DNA from: Parcubacteria group bacterium
GTDB lineage: Bacteria; Patescibacteriota; Minisyncoccia; Moranbacterales; UBA2206
NCBI GenBank assembly: GCA_041661275.1
Contig: JBAZUU010000001.1
Location: 101,057-165,056, forward strand
Reading direction: 5' to 3'
Length of the DNA: 64,000 nt
The notes under the pieces were generated by a model that was not told where the DNA came from, made no database searches, and saw only the letters and a program-made list of their open reading frames with translations. Every line of letters begins with the position of its first letter. The first letter of the stretch is position 1. Of this stretch, positions 39,782 through 48,129 are shown piece after piece. A program made the translations under genes and the position numbers.

Positions 39782-40051
39782 ATGCCGATAAAAAAAGCTG
39801 CTAAGAAATACATGCGAGTGACTAAGAGAAAGACCGAAAAGAACCGAAAAATTAAGGGAAATTTTCGATCTGCCATAAAAGCGACACAATCCGCAATTGC
39901 CGGAGGGGAAAAAGACAAGGCGCAGGAATCTTTGAAAAAAGCGGTTGTCGCCCTCGATAAGGCCGTCCAAAAGAAAGTCATCCACAAAAATATGGCCGCC
40001 CGGACGAAATCGAGATTAAATAAGACCGTAAAGGAAATGGTAAAGAAATAA
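39782..40051 (+). CDS. rpsT: 30S ribosomal protein S20
   Basis: MPIKKAAKK, LDKAVQKKVIHKNMAARTKSRL. Confidence 0.95.
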   Translation: MPIKKAAKKYMRVTKRKTEKNRKIKGNFRSAIKATQSAIAGGEKDKAQESLKKAVVALDKAVQKKVIHKNMAARTKSRLNKTVKEMVKK

Positions 40052-40058
40052 TACAGAC

Positions 40059-40084
40059 AAAAATCCCCTTACCGGGGATTTTTT
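40059..40084 (+). terminator. Intrinsic terminator after rpsT
   Basis: AAAATCCCC-ttacc-GGGGATTTTTT. Confidence 0.75.
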
Positions 40085-40099
40085 AATTTTAAAAAAAGT

Positions 40100-40238
40100 C
40101 CGTCATCCTGAGCGAAGTTCCAAATATATTGGGACGTAGTCGAAGGATCTACTACAAATTGTCACTAGTGCTAATATTTGGCAGATTCTTCGACTGCATT
40201 CCCCCGCTAAGGCGGGGTCATTCCGCTCAGAATGACGG
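40100..40238. repeat. GTCAT...ATGAC REP-like element, copy 2
   Basis: CCGTCATCCTGAGCGAAG...GAAGGATCT / AGATTCTTCGAC...GCTCAGAATGACGG; abuts the holA stop. Confidence 0.85.
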
Positions 40239-41210
40239 TCAAAGCTCCGCCACGAACTTATCTAAAGCCATTCTCATATCAACCTTGCCAGTCTTCACCG
40301 CATGGTCAAACCGCGCCAACTTGTTGTATATTTTTTTTAACCGCTCGAAAGTAAAAACTCTTGTTTGCGCCAGTGTTTTTCTGATAACAAACGGATGCAT
40401 TTTGGTGACTCGAGATATCTCATATTCACTGCTCATTCCTCTTTCCACGAGATCAGCGATCCTTATCATATTTCTAAATTGATAGACAATCATAGAAAAA
40501 ATATAGAACGGATCGTCGCCTTTTTCCATATTGTCATGAAGAAGTTTCATAGCTGACTTTTTATCATTGGCTCCAAGAGCGTCAATAGCTGAAAAAATAT
40601 TACCATCAATTTTCGCTTTGACCAGAAGCTCCACATCTTTGTCAGTTATCATGACTCCGTCCGAGTAACTTATCAGTTTTTGAATTTCTGAATCTAAAAT
40701 ATTAGTATCTGAACCAACAAAAGCGATTAGTTTTTCAAGAGCCGTTTTGGAAATAGAAGCTTTTTCGTCCAATTCTTTCATCCTTTTTAAAATCCATCCC
40801 GCCAATTTTGCGCCTTCCAATTTTGCGAACTCTTGTTTTTTAATTTCACTCTTTGACAATAGCAATTTAAATAAACTGTTATTTTTCTTCGGATTTTCCA
40901 CTTCCCAAAAAATAACCACGAGATCCAAGTCAGCCAGAATATTTTTATTTTCTTTTACATATTCTGCTATTTTTTTCTGATCATCCAACGCGCCACTGGA
41001 AATAATGTTTTTGACAATCACCAATCTTTTAGGCGCCAAAAGATTAGCCATGCCGAAAACACTCAAAACATCGTTCAGTTTAGCTTTTTCATTCATGTCA
41101 AACAAAGACAAGCCCGATCCGGACTTGTCGCTTTGAAGATATTTATTTTTGATTTCTTTTAGTTTGTGGAGAGATCTGAATGAATCTTCTCCATACAGAA
41201 ATATAATCAT
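40239..41210 (-). CDS. holA: DNA polymerase III delta subunit
   Basis: MIIFLYGED, EIQKL, IF..IDA, HPFVI, D.AVKTG; next to rpsT. Confidence 0.92.
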   Translation of the reverse strand: MIIFLYGEDSFRSLHKLKEIKNKYLQSDKSGSGLSLFDMNEKAKLNDVLSVFGMANLLAPKRLVIVKNIISSGALDDQKKIAEYVKENKNILADLDLVVIFWEVENPKKNNSLFKLLLSKSEIKKQEFAKLEGAKLAGWILKRMKELDEKASISKTALEKLIAFVGSDTNILDSEIQKLISYSDGVMITDKDVELLVKAKIDGNIFSAIDALGANDKKSAMKLLHDNMEKGDDPFYIFSMIVYQFRNMIRIADLVERGMSSEYEISRVTKMHPFVIRKTLAQTRVFTFERLKKIYNKLARFDHAVKTGKVDMRMALDKFVAEL

Positions 41211-41338
41211 TTTTTAAGCACCAAATCGCAAGCACCAAATTCCAAATAAATTACAATAACCAAAATCCCAATATTCAAAACGGTTTGGAATTTTGAATTT
41301 ATTTGATATTTGTTATTTGAAATTTGTAATTTCCAACG

Positions 41339-42445
41339 CTAGTTGGTTGGAGTCCAACGCAATGTCTGACCTGGTTCCAGAATTTCCAGCCAGATTTGTC
41401 CCGGCACGAATTTCACTTCCTGACCATTAGAGTCAAGAAACATCATCTTGGAAGTTGCCGCAGATTTATCTTTTTTCCAGGTACCCTTTATTTCCTGTCC
41501 ATTCATATAGAAGAAAGCATCGCCACTATCAACAGAGTCAAACCAGGGGTCTCCTAATTGAACATTGTTATATTGCTCTCCTTCAACTAACTGATCTGAT
41601 TGAGCCATTGCTACGACAACGTTTTTTGGCGCCAGTCTTTGCCCATTATTTCTGTCTGTGTCAGCCACATTGCCCCAAATTCTTTTATATGAATTTGTTT
41701 CTTTGTCATAATCATATTCAGCAGCAAATGGTCCGGCAAAAGCCACGCGCAAATGTCCGCCATTTGGTCTTTGGTCAACCGGCGCTTCGTCCTGGTGAGG
41801 ATATCCGGCAAACTTGTTTTCCATCCTAAACCCAAAAGCTTTAGCGCCTTCAATGATTTTAGCAAATTTAGCATATCCGGTATCCACCCCTCTCATTGTT
41901 CCGCTGGCTTCTTTTCGGTAGCAATATTGGCTGGCGCTGCGTCCGGCATCGTCATTACAATTCATATCGTCAAATTGCTTGCTGTCAAGAACGTCTTTAA
42001 ACTTTTGAATATTAGACCTGCCCCAGTGGACAAAGATCGCGTCGAGTCCTTCGGCCATTGACAGAAAGTCATGGCGCGCGCTTCTCATCGAACCAACATC
42101 ATCCGGATTGCCACAGACATAAACTCCCATAAGTCGAGTGATAGACGCGGTAATGACCGGCATTTCCACTACCATGTCCGCGTCAGAAAATCCGGCAGCT
42201 GGACGAGCCGCCACATCAGCTGGCTGCATAACCGCTACCGGCCTTCGATTCCAATCGGCACAAGCCAAGCCTGAAATTGGACTGACATTTCCGGAATTGG
42301 CCGGTCCAGTTTGAGTGGTTTTATTTCCATTTAGATCTATCTTTTTGTCTGTAGCAGTCTTTGGTCTGGAGAGAAAATAATATCCTCCCCCTGCTACCAG
42401 GATTACCACCAGAACGGCGATAATGATTTTTTGCGCTTTGTTCAT
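41339..42445 (-). CDS. DUF3048 domain protein
   Basis: SPISG, RRPVAVM, ADMVVE, ITRL, GSMRSAR, PGQIWLE. Confidence 0.88.
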   Translation of the reverse strand: MNKAQKIIIAVLVVILVAGGGYYFLSRPKTATDKKIDLNGNKTTQTGPANSGNVSPISGLACADWNRRPVAVMQPADVAARPAAGFSDADMVVEMPVITASITRLMGVYVCGNPDDVGSMRSARHDFLSMAEGLDAIFVHWGRSNIQKFKDVLDSKQFDDMNCNDDAGRSASQYCYRKEASGTMRGVDTGYAKFAKIIEGAKAFGFRMENKFAGYPHQDEAPVDQRPNGGHLRVAFAGPFAAEYDYDKETNSYKRIWGNVADTDRNNGQRLAPKNVVVAMAQSDQLVEGEQYNNVQLGDPWFDSVDSGDAFFYMNGQEIKGTWKKDKSAATSKMMFLDSNGQEVKFVPGQIWLEILEPGQTLRWTPTN

Positions 42446-42575
42446 AAATTATTATCTACGAATTACGAACCCTTACGAATGTACGAACGATTGTTAAATT
42501 AGGATTATTCCTAGAAGTTTATTTTTCGTTACATTCGTATTTTTTCGTATTTCGTAGTGAAAAAACAAAATTAAA

Positions 42576-43430
42576 CTATCTTTGACACTTCGTACAATAA
42601 AACACCGACCTTCCTCCCATTTTTTTCCGCACTATTATTGTATCACATTTTTGGCATTTTTTCTTCTCCCGTCTATACACCTTCAAAACCTTGTGAAAAT
42701 TGCCAGGAGCGCCAGAGGTGTCACGATAGTCGCTGTCAGATGTCCCACGCAATTTTATGGCTTTATTCAGGACTATTTTTATATATTTGTATATTTCTTT
42801 ACGCTCTTTGTTTGATAAATCTTTGATTAATCTTTCTGGCAGAATTCCCGCTTCAAATAATATTTCACTTCTATATATATTGCCAATTCCAGCGATAAGG
42901 TTTTGATCCATGAGAACTATTCCAACCGGGGTTTTTTGCTTTTTATTTAATATTTCTTGAAATTTAGCAAATGTGAAATCTGGACTCATCGCGTCCACCC
43001 CTAAAGTCGTTATATCTTTATATTCTTTTAAGGTCTTGGTGTCAAGCAACACTATCTTAGCAAACTTTCTCATATCCGAAAATTCTAATGTCTTATTTTT
43101 TCCAAGCGTCCAAATGTGATGGATATATTGATTAACCCGATCAGAAAAATATTGTTCATTGTTCATTGTTCTTTGATCTTTGACCAAAAGATGCCCAGTC
43201 ATCTTCAAATGTATATACATCGTCTTCCCGCCCGAAAGATCAATAAACATATTCTTCCCGATCCTATGCGCACCCAAAATTTTCCGGCCAACTATTTCCT
43301 TACGAAACTTTTCGACTGTTATATTTTTGAGACTTTTCGGCGCATCAGACCAAAAATCGGTGATTTTGTCACCTTTTATTTTTCTATTGAGATCGTCGAC
43401 GATTGTCTGGACCTCAGGTAGTTCCGGCAT
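42576..43430 (-). CDS. mutM: Formamidopyrimidine-DNA glycosylase
   Basis: MPELPEV, HLKMTG, AGIGNIY, C-terminal CQKC...CTKCQ. Confidence 0.96.
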   Translation of the reverse strand: MPELPEVQTIVDDLNRKIKGDKITDFWSDAPKSLKNITVEKFRKEIVGRKILGAHRIGKNMFIDLSGGKTMYIHLKMTGHLLVKDQRTMNNEQYFSDRVNQYIHHIWTLGKNKTLEFSDMRKFAKIVLLDTKTLKEYKDITTLGVDAMSPDFTFAKFQEILNKKQKTPVGIVLMDQNLIAGIGNIYRSEILFEAGILPERLIKDLSNKERKEIYKYIKIVLNKAIKLRGTSDSDYRDTSGAPGNFHKVLKVYRREKKKCQKCDTIIVRKKMGGRSVFYCTKCQR

Positions 43431-43485
43431 ATTCGCTTCGCTCAAATTAAAAGTTAAAAATGCAAAATTAAAAGTTGTTACATGA

Positions 43486-44217
43486 TTAATCCTTCTCCGG
43501 AATCGCCTTCCAACACATTTTAAATATCATTCGCATGGCTGAAGCAATAGGCTCTGATTCCAAAATCACCGCCATTTTGTCACGCACGGAAAATAATCCG
43601 ACACGGTTAGCGTAAATATTAATTTCGATCTTAAACGGATATTCTTCGGCGCTAATTATTTTTGTTCGTCTCAGTTGATTTTTGTCCTGCGTTGTAAATT
43701 GACTGGCGTCTTTGTCGTCCGGCATGATGAGCGTCTGCATAATTTTTTTCCTCTGCCTCCTAGCCACATATTTTTCCACATCTTTCCAATTGAACATTTT
43801 CAAAACTTCCCCTGACGCCCAACCCACCACTTCTGTTCCGGAATAATTCAGTGAGTCTTCATAAGCTTCCAATATTCCTTCTTTTCCATGATAGAACCAG
43901 ACTTTCGGTTTTATCTCACTGACATTGTTTATAGAAATCAAATCAGGAAGTATCTGGTCAATCAGTGATTCTTTTTTTCTAATCAGCGCTTTTAGTTCAT
44001 GCGGATCAATAGCTATAAAATGTTTTCGCTTTCCCTTAGTGGTTACTCGAATATAGCCCATCCCGACCATTTCGTCCATATTTTCATAAACTGTCGTCCT
44101 CTTGATGCCGGTTTTCTTAGCTATTTCAATGATAGATGTCTCTCCAAGCTCAAGAGCCGCCAAATATATCTTGGCTTTTTTATCCTCCAGCCCTATTTTT
44201 CTCAAGGTTTCCAGCAT
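43486..44217 (-). CDS. TrmB family transcriptional regulator
   Basis: IYLAALELG, IAKKTGIKRTTVY, KPKVWFYHGKEG, EINIY; start MLET at 44217. Confidence 0.9.
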   Translation of the reverse strand: MLETLRKIGLEDKKAKIYLAALELGETSIIEIAKKTGIKRTTVYENMDEMVGMGYIRVTTKGKRKHFIAIDPHELKALIRKKESLIDQILPDLISINNVSEIKPKVWFYHGKEGILEAYEDSLNYSGTEVVGWASGEVLKMFNWKDVEKYVARRQRKKIMQTLIMPDDKDASQFTTQDKNQLRRTKIISAEEYPFKIEINIYANRVGLFSVRDKMAVILESEPIASAMRMIFKMCWKAIPEKD

Positions 44218-44431
44218 AATGATTGTAATAATGTCGCTTTTTCCGACGATAATTGTATTATAATACCACTTTAAATATCTGTCAAATATGGCTATTTTAA
44301 GCCATCCGCCTGCCGACACCCAATATATCGTACTATTTTTTTGACGTTTTGTGTAGATTATATATAATTTATAGTCATTTCAATGGGGAATGGCACGAAC
44401 CTTAAAAACAAACCAAAAAGGAGACCATACT

Positions 44432-46015
44432 ATGCTTACAAAAGTAGCTTTGATCCAACCGGTGACGGCAGCGGGTAAATCGTTAGGTATTTTCAAATCG
44501 CCTGAATCCATTCAGGCCTTGGCTGGCCAACTGCAAAAGCTGGGCTATCAAGTTAAAATGTTTCATTCGGCCGACAGCGACGAGCTTCGCTGGCAGATCC
44601 ACGGGTTTCTACCGCACTTCATTTGCATTTCGACCATGACCGCCAATTTTCCTGAAGGCCACAAAATTGCGCAAGCAATCAAAAATTCCAAATACTTCCG
44701 CCGGGTAAAAATCATTTTGGGTGGCTGGCATGCTTCTGGCTGTGTAAAAGCCTATGAATCCGGCCAGGAAAAAGAAAGTCTGCGAGAAATTCTTAATCGT
44801 GATTCGCCATTCGACTATGTGGTGGCTGGTGAGGGCGAAGAGGTTTTGCCAAAACTGATCGAAGCAATAAAGAACAATTTCGGAATCATGCATCTAAAAG
44901 GCGTGAGCTATTTTAGTGGAGGAGAGATTCAACTTGGCGGCTCCACACCTCGGATAAATAATCTGGATGGCGTAGCCATGCCTAGCTGGGAAGGTCTTGA
45001 GGTTAATCAATACCGCGATAAAAGAAATGGTGCCCTTGATTTGAGCGTCCATTTCAACCGCGGCTGCCGGTTCAAATGCGCCTACTGCGCAACAGCTTCA
45101 GTTTATGGCCGGGGCATCCGAACTACTCCTGCAGAGCAGGCGTTTGAGTACATCGAATTTCTGGCGCAAAAGTTTAAACCACAGGTCATCACCTTCACGG
45201 ATGAAGATTTTTTCGCTAATCTGCCGTGGGTGAGACAATTGGTAAATTTGCTGCAAAAAGAAAACTTCCATCACAAGTATGGAATTTCTTTCGACACTTT
45301 TGCCAGCGTCAATGATCTACATCGCTTGCAGAGAAATGGGCATAGCCAACTACTGCATCAGATGAAAGCCACGGGATTTAATTCCTTCACGATCGGAATA
45401 GAATCATTCAGCGTCCCCACATTAAAAAAATACAACAAGGAGTTGATGATTCTGCCGACCATGCTTCTGGAACAAAAAATATTTTACAATGAAGCAAAAA
45501 GCTTCACTAAGAGACTAATGCTTCATAACCACTACCTTTCAACTGTTCAACAAGCTATAAATTTCGCCCATGAACACGGATTTCTGGTGGTGGGAGATTA
45601 CATCCTGGGCAACCCGGATGAATCTGTCGACGCTGTACTCTTCGGTTTCCGCTCGTTCAAAAGCCTTTGCCATCTGATGCTGGCCTACCTGCCGGTGTAT
45701 ACACCATTTCCTGGCACAGCTCTCTGGTTAGAAGCCTACACTTCCGGACAACTGGCACGAAAGGATGATGGAAAAATCAACTGGGGAAAATTCGATGCCA
45801 GCGGCAGCGCTCTTGATCTCGGATACGATATTGCCTCGCTGCGCAATAACCTGGAAATTGAATTCTATACTTCCGATCGATATGCCGAAGACATGTTGGC
45901 TATGATCGAAAAAAATCCTGCCATCAAAAAATTCTTTCTCGACCGCCTGAAATATCTCGACCAGACTTATCCCGATGATCCGCGCATCATCAAACAACTC
46001 GCACATTTACAATGA
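44432..46015 (+). CDS. Cobalamin-binding radical SAM protein
   Basis: B12-binding domain (ILGGWHAS, YVVAGEGE), RGCRFKCAYC, DEDF, IGIES, TPFPGT; AAGGAG RBS. Confidence 0.92.
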   Translation: MLTKVALIQPVTAAGKSLGIFKSPESIQALAGQLQKLGYQVKMFHSADSDELRWQIHGFLPHFICISTMTANFPEGHKIAQAIKNSKYFRRVKIILGGWHASGCVKAYESGQEKESLREILNRDSPFDYVVAGEGEEVLPKLIEAIKNNFGIMHLKGVSYFSGGEIQLGGSTPRINNLDGVAMPSWEGLEVNQYRDKRNGALDLSVHFNRGCRFKCAYCATASVYGRGIRTTPAEQAFEYIEFLAQKFKPQVITFTDEDFFANLPWVRQLVNLLQKENFHHKYGISFDTFASVNDLHRLQRNGHSQLLHQMKATGFNSFTIGIESFSVPTLKKYNKELMILPTMLLEQKIFYNEAKSFTKRLMLHNHYLSTVQQAINFAHEHGFLVVGDYILGNPDESVDAVLFGFRSFKSLCHLMLAYLPVYTPFPGTALWLEAYTSGQLARKDDGKINWGKFDASGSALDLGYDIASLRNNLEIEFYTSDRYAEDMLAMIEKNPAIKKFFLDRLKYLDQTYPDDPRIIKQLAHLQ

Positions 46016-46040
46016 GTACGCCCATTAATATGCGTACTCC

Positions 46041-46121
46041 AAAACCCAGCGGATGATTCCACTGGGTTTTTTATTTTTTCGCCAATTAAAAAGCCCATCC
46101 GAATTTAATCCGGATGGGCTA
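46041..46121. terminator. Paired terminators between convergent genes
   Basis: AAAACCCAG...CTGGGTTTTT and AGCCCATCCG...CGGATGGGCT hairpins. Confidence 0.65.
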
Positions 46122-46129
46122 AATATTTT

Positions 46130-47929
46130 CTACAAGAATTCCTTTAATCTTCCGCGTCTTTCAGGATGCCGCAAAAGGCGCAACGCTTTTGATTCCACCT
46201 GTCTAATATATTCCCGGGTTTTATTGAGTTTAGCGCCAACTTCCTCCAGGGTCATCTCTGGATGGCCAAACAAACCAAAACGCATCACAATTACCCGTTG
46301 TCGCCTGATACTAAGCTTCGCAAGGCATGCTCTGAAAGCTTCACTCAATTCATCATTGATGATTTTAGATTCCAGTTCCTTTTCCGGATCATTTTCTCCT
46401 GGCTGGGCTTCAATCTCTTGACGAGAAACTACTTCGTGTCTTTGATAGAACAAATAATCCCCCATTACATCCTGCATAAATTGGTAGTAATGGTCGGAAT
46501 CTCCCCTCCACATTCCCACCTGCCTGAAGTACCGCCGCATAAGCGTCATTCCAGTTAAGGTAAACTTGGGGTGATCGAAACGCATATTTTGAAATTCGTA
46601 AAATGGTATCTCGCCAAAATCAATATCTTCCCGGGAAAGCAAGATTGCCTTGACGAATTCCGGATCAGTAAAATCGTCTCGTTCGGGCTTTAATCGTTTA
46701 ATATCGACCACCGATCTAGTCTCGTAAGAAACCCTGATATCTTTTATGACAGCGACATCAATTCCTCTTCCAAGCTGAACGTCTTCCTGTTCCATCTGCC
46801 GCTTGGAAGCGACAACCAGCCCGCCCTGCCGATATTTCCGATTTCCAAAGATATGATGGACTAATATCGGCTGGTCGGCCGAACGAAAAACATCTTGGAA
46901 TTCGACGACAATTCCGGAGGTTTTGCCTTCATGCGGCGCTACTGCCCGACAAGCTCTTTGCTCGGCAACCACCCAGGAATACGTTGGCCGTAGATTCAGG
47001 GTAACCGTAACCCGCTCAGAGTCCCAACCCTCAATAAGAATGTCTCGAGAGCAAAGCACATCGATCCATCCTTTATTGAAAGCATTAATTATGCGATCCC
47101 TTTCCCTATCAGGCGTGCCAGAATGGATAGCGTACGCTTTAATTCCCGCTTTTCGATAATACCTAGCGAGCTCGATCGTGTGGTTGATACTGACACAAAA
47201 AGCAACAGCTGGAATACCTCGGAAATTCTTCAGATAGAAATCCCGAGAAACTTTATTTCTGGCGGCGATATTAAGCGCCTTTTCAGCTACTTCTTCATCA
47301 AGCACGCCCTTGCGAGTCATCCTGACTTTGCGAAGGTCAATGTCAGTCTCCACGACATACCCGCGTAGCGGCAAAAGGATTCCGTCTTCAATTGCCTCCT
47401 GTAAGGTCATACGATAAATCTCGTTTCGGAAAACTTTTTCGACGTTTTTTTGTTCACTGAATTTATCTGTCGCCGTGAAAGCGATGCAGATTGCGTTCAG
47501 ATAATCAGGAATCTTCGAACGCATAAGAGACAATGAGCGATGACCCTCGTCAAGAATCACCAGCCGGACAAAATCTTTAGGGATCAGCCTCTTTTTAATA
47601 AGGAGTACCAGTGAATGATATGTCGTATAAACAATGTCCCCAGTAAGATCCTTTTTCCCTTTGTGATAGACCGTAATGTTGGCATCAGGATCATGCTTGC
47701 GCATCTTTTTTACGTTTTGATCCATAATGAGATGCGTCGGGGAAACGATCAAAATCTTTTTCAAAAAGCCTCGCATCAGCTTGGCCACTTCGGAAAAAAC
47801 AATCGTTTTGCCTGATTTTGAGGGCATGACAACGAAACCTCGAATGTCTTTTTTCTTCTGATTCTCATCAATAAAGTCGAGAATCGCATCATAGACCGAA
47901 CCCTGATATTGCCGCAATTTAAAGCTCAT
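46130..47929 (-). CDS. SF2 (ResIII/Irc3-like) helicase fused to a sigma-70 region 4 domain
   Basis: LRQYQ, SGKT, DEGH, FTAT, EGWD, LRPT, QRACR; C-terminal MRFGL...TLEEVG...TREYIRQVESKALRLLRHP. Confidence 0.85.
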   Translation of the reverse strand: MSFKLRQYQGSVYDAILDFIDENQKKKDIRGFVVMPSKSGKTIVFSEVAKLMRGFLKKILIVSPTHLIMDQNVKKMRKHDPDANITVYHKGKKDLTGDIVYTTYHSLVLLIKKRLIPKDFVRLVILDEGHRSLSLMRSKIPDYLNAICIAFTATDKFSEQKNVEKVFRNEIYRMTLQEAIEDGILLPLRGYVVETDIDLRKVRMTRKGVLDEEVAEKALNIAARNKVSRDFYLKNFRGIPAVAFCVSINHTIELARYYRKAGIKAYAIHSGTPDRERDRIINAFNKGWIDVLCSRDILIEGWDSERVTVTLNLRPTYSWVVAEQRACRAVAPHEGKTSGIVVEFQDVFRSADQPILVHHIFGNRKYRQGGLVVASKRQMEQEDVQLGRGIDVAVIKDIRVSYETRSVVDIKRLKPERDDFTDPEFVKAILLSREDIDFGEIPFYEFQNMRFDHPKFTLTGMTLMRRYFRQVGMWRGDSDHYYQFMQDVMGDYLFYQRHEVVSRQEIEAQPGENDPEKELESKIINDELSEAFRACLAKLSIRRQRVIVMRFGLFGHPEMTLEEVGAKLNKTREYIRQVESKALRLLRHPERRGRLKEFL

Positions 47930-48129
47930 ATACGCTCCTATTTTCTAAGAAAAAAAGGTTAATGACAAAGAACAACAACGTAAGATTATTGCATATTTAA
48001 ATCCTCTTGTCAATGCAGACGCAGAAACCCTGAATTCAGCCCCCGATGCCTCGCCATCGGGGTTTTATTATAAAAAAAGTCCTGCGCCAGCAGGACACCT
48101 TAACTTTGCATTTTGAATTTTTAACTAAA

